Shown: positions 16,597-26,309 of the stretch, in pieces
How the letters are laid out: each line of letters begins with the position of its first letter
How positions within the stretch are numbered: the stretch's first letter is position 1
From: Bdellovibrionales bacterium
Lineage (GTDB): Bacteria; Bdellovibrionota; Bdellovibrionia; Bdellovibrionales; UBA1609
DNA length: 32,000 nucleotides
Reading direction: 5' to 3'
Assembly (NCBI GenBank): GCA_963692945.1
Contig: OY843585.1
Location: 750,001-782,000 of the forward strand
The notes under the pieces: generated by a model
The model's database searches: none
What the model saw: only the letters and a program-made list of their open reading frames with translations
What the model was told of the DNA's origin: nothing
Translations under genes and position numbers: made by a program

Positions 16597-18579
16597 ATGA
16601 AAAAAATTCAAAAACCAAAAATCAATAACCAGCAAAAGACTTTTTTGTTTTGGATTGCTTTTCTTGTTTTTGGTTTAATCTTTTTCCAATTTTATGAACA
16701 GTCAAAGAAGGATAAAGTTAAAGACTTTAACTATCCTAAGTTTCTTCAATCTCTTGAAGCGAAACAGGTTGTAAAAGATAGTGTTATTTTTAATCGGACA
16801 GCTCAAGAAATTAAAGGAGACCTCAATGAAGCAGGTGCAAAAGTTTTTGGAGGTGTTCATTTTGTTATTGAAGGAAATGTGGATGATAAAGGTTTTGAAA
16901 TTTTAAGATCTTATGGAATCACTCCTTCCTATTCTAATAAAGATAATAATTTTTGGACAACAGTTTTAATCAGTTGGTTTCCTATTCTTTTATTATTTGG
17001 AGTTTTTATATTTTTTATTCGTCAAATTCAAATGGGAAGTGGAAAAGCTTTTTCTTTTGGAAAAAGCCGTGCTCGTTTAGTGATGGATAAAGGAAGAGCA
17101 ACTTTTAAAGATGTTGCAGGTATTGAAGAAGCCAAAGAAGAACTTAAAGAAATTGTAGAGTTTTTAAAAAGTCCAAAGCGATTTACAAAGTTAGGAGGGC
17201 AAATTCCTAAAGGTGTTTTGCTTATTGGATCACCAGGAACAGGTAAAACTTTATTAGCCAGAGCTGTGGCAGGGGAAGCCAAAGTTCCTTTCTTTACTAT
17301 TTCAGGTTCTGATTTTGTAGAAATGTTTGTGGGAGTTGGTGCTTCTCGTGTAAGAGATCTTTTCGTTCAAGGGAGAAAAAATGCTCCTTGTTTGATTTTC
17401 ATAGATGAAATAGATGCTGTTGGTCGTCAAAGGGGTGCTGGTTTAGGGGGAGGACATGATGAAAGAGAACAAACTTTAAATCAATTGCTTGTTGAGATGG
17501 ATGGTTTTGATAGTAAAGAAGGTATTATTTTAATTGCGGCTACAAATCGTCCAGATGTTTTAGATCCAGCTCTTTTGCGTCCTGGTCGTTTTGATAGAAG
17601 AGTGATGGTTAATCTTCCTGATTTAAAAGGTCGGTTGGCTATTTTAAAGGTACATAGTAGGAAAACACCTTTTTCATCTGGAGTGGATTTAGAAAAAATA
17701 GCTAGAGGAACACCAGGTTTTTCAGGGGCGGATTTGAAAAATCTTATTAATGAAGCCAGTTTGATGGCAGCTTTTAAAAATAAACTCAAAATTGAAATGG
17801 AAGATTTAGAAAGAGCTCGTGATAAGGTCATGATGGGGGCTGAAAGAAAAACTTTTATTATGAGTGATAAGGATAAAAAAATCACAGCCTATCATGAAGC
17901 AGGCCATGCTATTGTGGGTATGAGTTTGTCTTTACTGGATCCTGTTCATAAAGTTACAATTGTTCCTAGAGGAATGGCTTTGGGTGTGACTCAAACACTT
18001 CCTAAGGAAGATTTACTAAATATGAGTAAGAAAAAAGCACAAAACACTTTGTCCTTTCTTTTTGGTGGTCGTGTTGCTGAAGAGGAGATTTTTAAAGATT
18101 ATACTAGTGGTGCTAGCAATGATATTGAAAAAGCAACCTCTTTAGCTCGTAGTATGGTTTGTGAATGGGGAATGAGTGAAAAACTAGGTCCTTTGTTTTT
18201 AGGAAAACAAGAGGGTAATGTTTTTCTAGGTAGAGATCATAATAAAACTCGTAATTACTCTGAAGAAAGTGCTAAAGAGATTGATACTGAAATTCACTTT
18301 TTTATTGATAAAGCTTATAAGAAAGCGAAACAAATTATACAAGAAAAAATGGACTATCTTCATGTGATGGCTCAATCTTTATTAGATTTTGAGACTATTG
18401 ATTCAGAAGAAGTAAGTATGATTATGAAAGGTAAAAAACTTTCTGATTTAAAAACTTATAGAAAGCAGTTATCAGATAAAATAAAAGAAGAAAGAGAGTC
18501 TCATAAAAAAGAAGAAGCAGCTAAAAAGAAAAAAACCAATGATAATTCTGTAGGATCTACAATTCCTTCTCCTGTTTAA
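16597..18579 (+). CDS. ftsH: ATP-dependent zinc metalloprotease FtsH
   Basis: It has two TM helices, Walker A GSPGTGKT, Walker B IFIDEID, the second region of homology, and the zinc site HEAGHA. Confidence 0.97.
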   Translation: MKKIQKPKINNQQKTFLFWIAFLVFGLIFFQFYEQSKKDKVKDFNYPKFLQSLEAKQVVKDSVIFNRTAQEIKGDLNEAGAKVFGGVHFVIEGNVDDKGFEILRSYGITPSYSNKDNNFWTTVLISWFPILLLFGVFIFFIRQIQMGSGKAFSFGKSRARLVMDKGRATFKDVAGIEEAKEELKEIVEFLKSPKRFTKLGGQIPKGVLLIGSPGTGKTLLARAVAGEAKVPFFTISGSDFVEMFVGVGASRVRDLFVQGRKNAPCLIFIDEIDAVGRQRGAGLGGGHDEREQTLNQLLVEMDGFDSKEGIILIAATNRPDVLDPALLRPGRFDRRVMVNLPDLKGRLAILKVHSRKTPFSSGVDLEKIARGTPGFSGADLKNLINEASLMAAFKNKLKIEMEDLERARDKVMMGAERKTFIMSDKDKKITAYHEAGHAIVGMSLSLLDPVHKVTIVPRGMALGVTQTLPKEDLLNMSKKKAQNTLSFLFGGRVAEEEIFKDYTSGASNDIEKATSLARSMVCEWGMSEKLGPLFLGKQEGNVFLGRDHNKTRNYSEESAKEIDTEIHFFIDKAYKKAKQIIQEKMDYLHVMAQSLLDFETIDSEEVSMIMKGKKLSDLKTYRKQLSDKIKEERESHKKEEAAKKKKTNDNSVGSTIPSPV

Positions 18580-18590
18580 GAAAGGTAGCT

Positions 18591-19949
18591 ATGGTTTCTA
18601 GGAGTAAAAAACTTTTTGGAACAGATGGTGTTCGTGGTTTAGCCAATCAATACCCTATAACACCAGATATAGCTTTAAAAATAGGTCAAGCTATTGGAAT
18701 TTTATTAAAACGAAAATACAAAGATAAAAAACACACGGTCTTAATAGGTAAGGACACCCGTATTTCTGGTTATATGTTGGAACAGGCTCTTGCAAGTGGA
18801 TTAAATTCTATGGGAGTTTGGGTCCAATTAACGGGTCCACTACCTACCCCTGGAATAGGATTTTTGGCACAAAATATGCGTGTTTCTGCTGGTGTAGTTA
18901 TTTCTGCCTCTCATAATTTTTACTATGATAATGGAATAAAAATATTTTTTGCTGATGGATTTAAAATATCTTCAGAAGATGAAAAAGAAATTGAGAGACT
19001 TGTTTTTTCAGGAGATATGGAGGGAGATAGTCAATCTATTGGTAGGACTTGTCGTATTGTTGATGCTGCTGGGAGATATATCGTATTTGCTAAAAGGAGT
19101 TTTCCTCAAAACATAGATTTAAGGTCTATGAAAATAGTTTTAGATTGTGCTAATGGTGCTGCTTATAAAGTGGCTCCATTTATTTTTGAAGAGATCGGAG
19201 CAGAAGTGATTCCTATAGGTAATAAACCCAATGGATTTAATATCAATCAAGGTGTAGGAGCTTTGTATCCTGAAAAAATAGCAGAGACTGTTTTAAAACA
19301 TAAAGCAGATGTAGGTATTAGTTTAGATGGAGATGGTGATAGAATCATTATGTCTGATGAAAAAGGACGAATTTTAAATGGAGATCATATTTTAGGAATC
19401 TGTGCGATACACTTAAAACATCAAAATCTTTTATCCCATAATAAAATTGTTGCAACTCATTTATCTAATACTGGTTTAGAAGAAACTTTAAAATCTTATG
19501 GAATAGATATTTTGAGATCTGATATTGGAGATCGTAATGTTGTAAAAATTATGAAAGAAGAAAATATTACTTTAGGAGGGGAGTCTTCAGGTCATATTAT
19601 TTTTCTCAACCAAAGTACGACAGGAGATGCTTGTATAGCGGCTTTGAATGTTTTAGCAGCTATGAAAGTTCAAAATAAAAAATTAAGTGAGTTTAGAGAT
19701 AGTATAAAAGAAAAACCTCAGATTCATTTAAAAACAACTATCAAGCATAAAAAGAAATTAGAATCTTTACCTGGATTTTGTGACTTAATTTCTTCTTCTA
19801 AAGAAAAACTAAAAGAAGGTGGAAGAGTACTTGTTCGTTTTTCAGGGACAGAGCCTATTGTTAGAGTTTTTGTGGAAGGAAACACTTTAAATGTTGTTGA
19901 GGAAGAGGCAAAGCGAATCATTCATTTTTTGGAGAAAAATCTATCTTAG
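18591..19949 (+). CDS. glmM: Phosphoglucosamine mutase
   Basis: It carries FGTDGVRG, the active-site ISASHN, the metal site DGDGDR, and the GESSGH and RFSGTEP motifs. Confidence 0.95.
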   Translation: MVSRSKKLFGTDGVRGLANQYPITPDIALKIGQAIGILLKRKYKDKKHTVLIGKDTRISGYMLEQALASGLNSMGVWVQLTGPLPTPGIGFLAQNMRVSAGVVISASHNFYYDNGIKIFFADGFKISSEDEKEIERLVFSGDMEGDSQSIGRTCRIVDAAGRYIVFAKRSFPQNIDLRSMKIVLDCANGAAYKVAPFIFEEIGAEVIPIGNKPNGFNINQGVGALYPEKIAETVLKHKADVGISLDGDGDRIIMSDEKGRILNGDHILGICAIHLKHQNLLSHNKIVATHLSNTGLEETLKSYGIDILRSDIGDRNVVKIMKEENITLGGESSGHIIFLNQSTTGDACIAALNVLAAMKVQNKKLSEFRDSIKEKPQIHLKTTIKHKKKLESLPGFCDLISSSKEKLKEGGRVLVRFSGTEPIVRVFVEGNTLNVVEEEAKRIIHFLEKNLS

Positions 19950-19980
19950 AAAAAAGATAAAAGTTTAAGATGTTAAGAAA

Positions 19981-20421
19981 ATGGACTATCAAAAACGAAA
20001 GATTCATAATTTAGAAGAGCTTAAAATTTTTTCTAAAGATATTGTTCAAGAGATCAAAAAACCTCAACTGCTTTTGATGCAAGGCCCTTTAGGTGTTGGA
20101 AAAACACAATGTGTTCATTTTATAAATGAATGTTTTGGTGTTTCTAAAAAAGACATTTGCTCTCCTAGTTTCTCCATTATAAATACCTATAAAAGTCCAA
20201 AATCCATTATATCTCATATTGATTTTTTTCGTCTTCAAGATAAGCAGGATTTAGAATCTACAGGCATTTGGGATGTTTTTCTTGATTCCCAAATTGTTTT
20301 TATAGAGTGGGCTGATCTTTTTCAAGTGCAATGGCCAGATCATTGGAATAAATTGTTTTTATTTTTTGAGTTCTCCAAAGAGGAAGAAGATGTGAGATGG
20401 ATTAAGTGGGGAAGTTGTTAA
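19981..20421 (+). CDS. tsaE: tRNA threonylcarbamoyladenosine (t6A) biosynthesis ATPase TsaE
   Basis: It has the P-loop GPLGVGKT, SPSFSIINTY, H.D.FRL and IEWA motifs and is 146 aa long. Its stop shares the tetranucleotide TTAA with the convergent gene's stop. Confidence 0.85.
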   Translation: MDYQKRKIHNLEELKIFSKDIVQEIKKPQLLLMQGPLGVGKTQCVHFINECFGVSKKDICSPSFSIINTYKSPKSIISHIDFFRLQDKQDLESTGIWDVFLDSQIVFIEWADLFQVQWPDHWNKLFLFFEFSKEEEDVRWIKWGSC

Positions 20422-21989
20422 GCCGCTAATTTTTTAGTGTTTGATTTATTAAAGTGATCTAAAACTTGCTGTTCTATTTTTTTAACGGATTGTTTATCTA
20501 AGTTGGTCATAGAAATTCCTATAAAAACAAACTTTAATTTATTCATTTCATCTTGAATAGGAATAGCTGTTACATGTTTTGGATATTGAGACCAGCCGAT
20601 ACTATTAAAGAATTTTTGATTAACCTCTGTATCTACAACAAAACCATGATAGGAATGTCCCTTTCCTACAATTTTAAAAATAGAAAAATCGTTTAAGTTG
20701 GCTGCTGTTTTTGTTTCCATTTCAGGTTTTATTTCAATACGACCTGACCAATTTTGAAAGAGTAAATCGTTATTTCTACTTTTCAAAATAAGAGATCCTA
20801 TAAATTGAGATTTGACTTGGTTAAAAAAGTCATCATGATTTTCTTTGTATTTAATAGTAAAATTGGTTTTTGTTAAATTTGTAATTTCTGGGTTTGTTTT
20901 TGTAATTTCTGGGTTTGTTTTTTCAGAAGAGAGAGTCACTTTAGGAGGTGCTTCTTTTTGAATAGGCTTTGGAGTTATTTTTGTGATTTCTAGGTTTGTT
21001 TTTGTAATTTCTGGGTTTATTTTTTCAGAAGAGAGAGTCACTTTAGGAGGTGCTTCTTTTTGAATAGGCTTTGGGGTTAAATTTGTAATTTCTAGGTTTG
21101 TTTTTGTAATTTCTGGGTTTGTTTTTTCAGAAGAGAGAGTCGCTTTAGGAGGTGCTTCTTTTTGAATAGGCTTTGGGCTTACTTTTATAATTTCTGAATC
21201 TGTTTTTTCAGAAATTGTTTTTGGATTTAAAATGATTTCTTTTTGTTTAGATTCATTTTTTAGTAAAGGGTTTTTTATTATAGAAGTGATGTGATCTAAG
21301 AAATTTTTAGATTTTGTAGATTTGATGGTATTTGTTTTTTTTGTACTACTCATTTGAGAGTACTCCGCTTTTTTGATAAAATCGTCTTCTTCTGAAGGTG
21401 TATCTATTGTTATACCTTTCATATAGAAAGGCGTAGATTCTCTTGTTTGATGACTTCTTTCAGGATCGGTGCTTTCATCTGGAGAAAAAGAGATACGTTC
21501 TTCCTCTATTTCAGGTAAAGAAGTGTCATTATTTAAGGAAGTAGGTGCTTTTATAGGGATTTCTTTCTCTGTAGATTTTTGAAAGTCTTTTATAGATTTC
21601 CAATGCATACGGAGAGCTAAATCTGTTACAAGCACAAAACGATGCTTAAAAGACCAAGACTTATGGTTTTTAGGTTTTTCTAGACAAGCTATAAAAACAG
21701 TATCTTCCCATATATAAATAGGTGCTATTTCTTCATTCCATCTGTGTAGATTTTTTACTTTACTCCACTGGCTTTGATTCATTAAATTTTGTTCAAAGAA
21801 AGTATTTTGGACAATGGGTATATTGTAAAAATTGGAAGCCCAGTCAAAGTACTTCTTTCTATCAATGATTTTTTGAGTTAAAGACCAAAGTAGAAAACTT
21901 TGGTTATTATTTGATTGATTCCAATCTTCTAGGTTTTTTTCAGAAACATTTAAATCAATTGTCCAAGCATAATCTTTAATAGGATTCAT
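20418..21989 (-). CDS. Hypothetical protein with a central 3 x 34-aa Pro/Lys/Glu/Thr-rich tandem repeat; the N-terminus is faintly T2SSE_N/MshEN-like
   Basis: This is a long ORF of 523 aa. The repeat PKPIQKEAPPKVTLSSEKTNPEITKTNLEITNLT occurs three times. The globular N- and C-terminal domains are not confidently recognised. Confidence 0.6.
   Translation of the reverse strand: MNPIKDYAWTIDLNVSEKNLEDWNQSNNNQSFLLWSLTQKIIDRKKYFDWASNFYNIPIVQNTFFEQNLMNQSQWSKVKNLHRWNEEIAPIYIWEDTVFIACLEKPKNHKSWSFKHRFVLVTDLALRMHWKSIKDFQKSTEKEIPIKAPTSLNNDTSLPEIEEERISFSPDESTDPERSHQTRESTPFYMKGITIDTPSEEDDFIKKAEYSQMSSTKKTNTIKSTKSKNFLDHITSIIKNPLLKNESKQKEIILNPKTISEKTDSEIIKVSPKPIQKEAPPKATLSSEKTNPEITKTNLEITNLTPKPIQKEAPPKVTLSSEKINPEITKTNLEITKITPKPIQKEAPPKVTLSSEKTNPEITKTNPEITNLTKTNFTIKYKENHDDFFNQVKSQFIGSLILKSRNNDLLFQNWSGRIEIKPEMETKTAANLNDFSIFKIVGKGHSYHGFVVDTEVNQKFFNSIGWSQYPKHVTAIPIQDEMNKLKFVFIGISMTNLDKQSVKKIEQQVLDHFNKSNTKKLAA
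20871..21178 (-). repeat. 102-bp in-frame tandem repeat, 3 copies, inside the 523-aa ORF, with an internal (N[PL]EITKT) sub-repeat
   Basis: The marker TCAGAAGAGAGAGTC(A/G)CTTTAGGAGGTGCTTCTTTTTGAATAGGCTTTGG recurs with its C at 20924, 21026 and 21128. The period is exactly 102 bp. Confidence 0.9.
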
Positions 21990-22029
21990 ATTTATTTTTT
22001 CGGATTTTTAGTATAGATTCTTTAGTAAT

Positions 22030-23190
22030 ATGTCTCTATTTTTGCAAAAAAAACGAGTTTACCTAGATTATAACGCTACAACGCCTCCTGATAGGTGTGC
22101 TATAAGAGCTGCTCAAAAGGCCTTTAGTCATTGGGGAAACCCGAGTTCTGTTTATCAGATGGCTATAGAATCTAAAAATTTATTATGGGAATCTCGTGAA
22201 AAAGTGTCTCAGTTTATAGGCTGTCACCCTCTTGAAGTTCTATTTACCAGTGGAGCTAGCGAGTCCAATAATTTTGCTCTAAAAGGCTTATTTGAGCAAC
22301 ATAAAGGAGAAAGAAATGAATTGATTCTATCTTCTGTAGAACATCCAAGTGTTATGACAGTTGCTGAATATCTTTCACAAAAGGGTTTTAAAGTGCATAA
22401 AATCCCTGTATCTCGTGAGGGTGTTTTAGACGAAAATTTTTTTGATAAATGTCTCAGTCACAAAACTTTATTGGTGTCTATCATGGCTGCTAATAATGAA
22501 ACGGGCATTTTAACTTCTCTTCCTCGTTTCATTACAAAAGCGAAAAATAAGGGAGCGTATTTTCATAGTGATATGGTTCAAGTTTTAGGAAAATTGTCTG
22601 TGAATGTTAGAGATTTAGATTTGGATTTAGCAAGTTTTTCGGCTCATAAGTGTTATGGATTAAAGGGTTGTGGAGTTCTTTATTGTAGAAAAGGTTTATC
22701 CTTAGAAAATTTAATTCATGGAGGTCCTCAAGAGAGGTCTCGTCGTGCAGGAACAGAAAATTTATCCAGTATTGTTGCTTTTGGAGCTGTTGCTAAAAAA
22801 AGAAACTATTTTTTAAAAGAACAAGAAAGGATAAGGGAGTTGAGAAATAAAATGGAGCAAGATGTTTTGTCTTCTATTCCTGATGTTGAAATCATTGGTC
22901 AAAAAGTTGAAAGATTGCCTAACACCTCTTCTCTTTTCATTCCAGGAGTTGAAGGAGAGACTTTATTGATGAATTTGGATTTGAAAGGTTTTTTTGTGAG
23001 TGTAGGTTCTGCTTGTCATTCAGGTAAAATTGATTCTAGTTTTGTACTAACTTCTATGGGATTTACAGAAAGAGAGGCTAGAAGCTGTATTAGGGTGAGT
23101 TTAGGTTGTGGAATCCGAAAAAAAGATGTAAATCATTTTGTGAAAACTTTAAAAAATGTTGTAGAAAGATTGAGATTATTAAAGGATTAA
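22030..23190 (+). CDS. Cysteine desulfurase (class V aminotransferase, NifS/IscS/YrvO-like)
   Basis: It has the PLP-lysine motif SAHKCYGLKG, the active-site loop SVGSACHSG and an RAGTEN motif. It lies immediately upstream of mnmA. Confidence 0.85.
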   Translation: MSLFLQKKRVYLDYNATTPPDRCAIRAAQKAFSHWGNPSSVYQMAIESKNLLWESREKVSQFIGCHPLEVLFTSGASESNNFALKGLFEQHKGERNELILSSVEHPSVMTVAEYLSQKGFKVHKIPVSREGVLDENFFDKCLSHKTLLVSIMAANNETGILTSLPRFITKAKNKGAYFHSDMVQVLGKLSVNVRDLDLDLASFSAHKCYGLKGCGVLYCRKGLSLENLIHGGPQERSRRAGTENLSSIVAFGAVAKKRNYFLKEQERIRELRNKMEQDVLSSIPDVEIIGQKVERLPNTSSLFIPGVEGETLLMNLDLKGFFVSVGSACHSGKIDSSFVLTSMGFTEREARSCIRVSLGCGIRKKDVNHFVKTLKNVVERLRLLKD

Positions 23191-23193
23191 AAA

Positions 23194-24288
23194 ATGTTAA
23201 AGAAAAGAAAAAAAGTTTTAGTAGCAATGAGTGGAGGGGTGGATAGTTCTGTTGCAGCGGCTCTTTTGAAAGATCAAGGTTTTGATGTTATTGGAGTCAC
23301 CATGCAAGTTTGGGATTACTCTAAAAATAAAACAGAAGATGAAGGCTATGGAACTTGTTGTTCTAGTGTTGATGTGGCCGATGCAAGATCTGTCTGTCAT
23401 GTTTTAGGAATACCTTTTTATGTTCTAAACTGTGAGAGTGTTTTTGAAAAAAAAGTTATTGCTCCATTTGTGAAAGATTATCTTATTGGTCAAACTCCGA
23501 TCCCTTGTACAAATTGCAATACTTTTTTAAAATTCCATTATCTTATTGAAAAAATGGAAGAGTTAGAATGTGACTATTTGGCAACAGGTCATTATGCAAA
23601 AATTCAAAAACTTAAAAATGGCAGATATGGTTTATTTACAAGTTCTGATACTTGGAAAGATCAAACTTATTTTCTATTTACTTTAAAACCAGAACTACTT
23701 TCTCGCTTGTTGTTTCCTGTAGGCTCTTTAAGTAAAGAAAAAGTTCGTCAAATGGCTGAAAAAAAATCTCTTCCTGTTTTTAGGAAAAAAGATTCTACAG
23801 GCATTTGTTTTGTAACTTCTAAAAATTATAGAGATTTTATAGAAACCTATATTCCTGAGAAAGAACTTCCTTCTAAAGGTTTGTTAAAACTTTATCCAAC
23901 AGGAGAGGTTTTAGGAGAGCATAAAGGAGTTCATAATTTTACTATTGGACAGAGGAAGGGTTTAGGGATTTCTTATTCTTGTCCTTTGTATGTTGTGAAA
24001 ATAGATTCCAAAAAATCAGAAGTATGGTTAGGGGAAGAAGATTCTCTTTATTTAGATAAAGCAGAAGTGAGTGATGTTCATTTTTTAGATGATATTACAG
24101 AGGGTGAACAACTTAAAGTCAAAGTTCGATTCCATGATGTAGGCAGCATGGCTTCTGTTTATAAGCAAAAGGATGGTTGCCGTTTAGAGTTTTTAAAACC
24201 TCAAAGGTCTATAACGCCTGGTCAATCGGCTGTTTTTTATAGAGGACACCAATTGGTTGGTGGAGGTTTTATAAGGAAGGGTTTTTAA
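23194..24288 (+). CDS. mnmA: tRNA-specific 2-thiouridylase MnmA
   Basis: It has the PP-loop VAMSGGVDSS, and the CCS.VD, PIPCTNCN, ATGHYA and KDQTYFL motifs. Confidence 0.95.
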   Translation: MLKKRKKVLVAMSGGVDSSVAAALLKDQGFDVIGVTMQVWDYSKNKTEDEGYGTCCSSVDVADARSVCHVLGIPFYVLNCESVFEKKVIAPFVKDYLIGQTPIPCTNCNTFLKFHYLIEKMEELECDYLATGHYAKIQKLKNGRYGLFTSSDTWKDQTYFLFTLKPELLSRLLFPVGSLSKEKVRQMAEKKSLPVFRKKDSTGICFVTSKNYRDFIETYIPEKELPSKGLLKLYPTGEVLGEHKGVHNFTIGQRKGLGISYSCPLYVVKIDSKKSEVWLGEEDSLYLDKAEVSDVHFLDDITEGEQLKVKVRFHDVGSMASVYKQKDGCRLEFLKPQRSITPGQSAVFYRGHQLVGGGFIRKGF

Positions 24289-24328
24289 ACTGAAATCAAG
24301 TATAAAAATTCAAACTTTTGGTTGTAAA

Positions 24329-25558
24329 GTGAATCATTATGATAGTGTTCTTTTAAAAGAGCGTTTGTCAAATCAGAAAGTGTCTTCCTTTGATGGAAGG
24401 GATGTTTTTATTTTAAACACTTGTTCTGTAACAGCGGAAGCAGGTAAGGAAGCTCGTCGTCAGGCTGAAAAAATAAAAGCCAAACACCCTGATAGTGTCA
24501 TTGTTGTTACAGGTTGTGGAGCTCAAGTTGAAACTAAACTTTATGAAGATAATCCTTTTGTTGATTTGGTTGTAGCCAATTCTCATAAAAAAGATATTCC
24601 TAATATTTTGCAAGACTCTCAGTCGCTGTATAAAAAAACTTTTAAATCCAATATTTTTAAATCTAAAAATCTCTACAGCGATCTTATATCTTCGGAAGAA
24701 AACAGAACTCGTTCTTTTTTAAAAATACAAGATGGTTGTAATAGTTTTTGTACTTTTTGCATCATTCCTTTTGCTAGAGGAAAGAGTCAAAGTGTTCCTA
24801 TTTCATCTCTTGTAAAGTCGGTTCAAAAACTTTCAGAGGAAAATGTGAAAGAAATTGTTCTTACAGGTGTTCATATAGGAGATTATAAAGATGGAAATCA
24901 ATCTTTAGAAGATCTTATAGAGTGTCTTCTCAATCAAACCAATATGCCTCGGTTAAGGTTGACAAGTCTTGAGCCCATTGAGTTGACAGATAGACTTTTG
25001 GATCTCTATCAAAATGAGAGGATGTGCCCGCATTTTCATTTAAGTCTTCAAAGTGCTAGTGACTCTGTTTTAAAATCCATGAAGCGAAAATACAATCGTA
25101 AAGAAGTGGAAAAATCTTTTGTAAAAATAGCAAGAAGATTCCCTAAAGCTTTTATAGGTATGGATGTTATTGCTGGATTCCCCTCAGAAAGTGAGAAAGA
25201 TTTTGAGGAAACTTATGAAGTTCTTAAAGATCATTTATGGACTAAAATGCATGTGTTTCCTTACAGTCCTAGAGAAGGAACTTATGCTTATAGAAGTCCA
25301 AGCCTTTCAAGAGCAGAGATTTTACGAAGAGCAGGTTTATTGAGACATCTTAGTGATGCAAGATTTGATGAACATCTTAAAGCACAAGTGGGAACTCAAA
25401 AACAAGTGCTTCTTTATAAAACGAATCATCAAAAAGGTCTGAGTAGAGATTATTGGAAAGTGGAGATTCCATCTTCTTCTGTGCAAAAAGGAGAGCATCT
25501 ATTAAAAATTCAAGATTTTAATGAGAAGACAAAATGTTTGATGGCAGCTTGGAATTAA
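24329..25558 (+). CDS. mtaB: Radical-SAM methylthiotransferase of the MiaB/MtaB/RimO family (most like MtaB); the true N-terminus probably lies upstream of the listed GTG
   Basis: It has the radical-SAM motif CNSFCTFC. The family-typical N-terminal motif TFGCKVNHYDS begins upstream of 24329, in an open in-frame stretch running from 24275. Confidence 0.8.
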   Translation: MNHYDSVLLKERLSNQKVSSFDGRDVFILNTCSVTAEAGKEARRQAEKIKAKHPDSVIVVTGCGAQVETKLYEDNPFVDLVVANSHKKDIPNILQDSQSLYKKTFKSNIFKSKNLYSDLISSEENRTRSFLKIQDGCNSFCTFCIIPFARGKSQSVPISSLVKSVQKLSEENVKEIVLTGVHIGDYKDGNQSLEDLIECLLNQTNMPRLRLTSLEPIELTDRLLDLYQNERMCPHFHLSLQSASDSVLKSMKRKYNRKEVEKSFVKIARRFPKAFIGMDVIAGFPSESEKDFEETYEVLKDHLWTKMHVFPYSPREGTYAYRSPSLSRAEILRRAGLLRHLSDARFDEHLKAQVGTQKQVLLYKTNHQKGLSRDYWKVEIPSSSVQKGEHLLKIQDFNEKTKCLMAAWN

Positions 25559-25577
25559 AAAAAAGTTTCTAAAAAAA

Positions 25578-26309
25578 TTAAGAAGAAGGTTCTTCTTTTA
25601 AATTCTTTTTTTCTTCTTTTAAAAAATCAACAGTTGTTGGAATGCTTTTTAAAGTGTCTTTAAGTTTTTGGTTTTCTTGTTCATCTTGTTCATACGGGAT
25701 CGCCAAGTTTTCTTCGGATAAAGTATCTGTAATCTGATGGAGTTCTTCTTTCTCTTCCACGCTTTCTTCTATTTGTGGTAGAAGTTCAGCAATTTCTTCT
25801 TCCGAAGGAAGATCTTTTAAACTGTTAAAGCCAAAAACTTCTAAAAATCTCTCAGAGGTTTTGTAAAGGGAAGGTTTTCCGGGGAGGTCACTTTTTCCAG
25901 CAAATACAACCACTTCTTTTTCCATGAGTGTCCTGAGGAGATGGCTGGAATCCACACCCCGAATTTGATCAATCTCTTGTTTAGGGCAAGGTTGTTTATA
26001 AGCAACAATAGATAAGACTTCTAAGGAAGGTCCTGATAAACGAAAAGGTCTTTTCTTAAACATTTTTAAAAGATAGTTTTTATTTTCAGTTTTTGTTCTT
26101 AATTGATAGCCTTTGTTGATTTTTTCTAGAGTTAAACCTCTTTCTTCTTGTTTGAGAGATTCTTTAAACTCTTCTAAAAAACGCAACATTTCTTGTTGGG
26201 AAAACTCTTCTTCAAAAACTTGTAAAAAAGTAGAAATAGGTGTCGGATCAGGGCTAGCAAAAAGGATGCTTTCTATAACTGAAAAAACTTTTTGTTTAGA
26301 AGTCTTCAT
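25578..26309 (-). CDS. scpB: Segregation and condensation protein B
   Basis: It carries VIESILFASPDP, SGPSLEVLSIVAYKQPCPKQEIDQIRGV and winged-helix repeats. It overlaps scpA by 4 nt. Confidence 0.85.
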   Translation of the reverse strand: MKTSKQKVFSVIESILFASPDPTPISTFLQVFEEEFSQQEMLRFLEEFKESLKQEERGLTLEKINKGYQLRTKTENKNYLLKMFKKRPFRLSGPSLEVLSIVAYKQPCPKQEIDQIRGVDSSHLLRTLMEKEVVVFAGKSDLPGKPSLYKTSERFLEVFGFNSLKDLPSEEEIAELLPQIEESVEEKEELHQITDTLSEENLAIPYEQDEQENQKLKDTLKSIPTTVDFLKEEKKNLKEEPSS

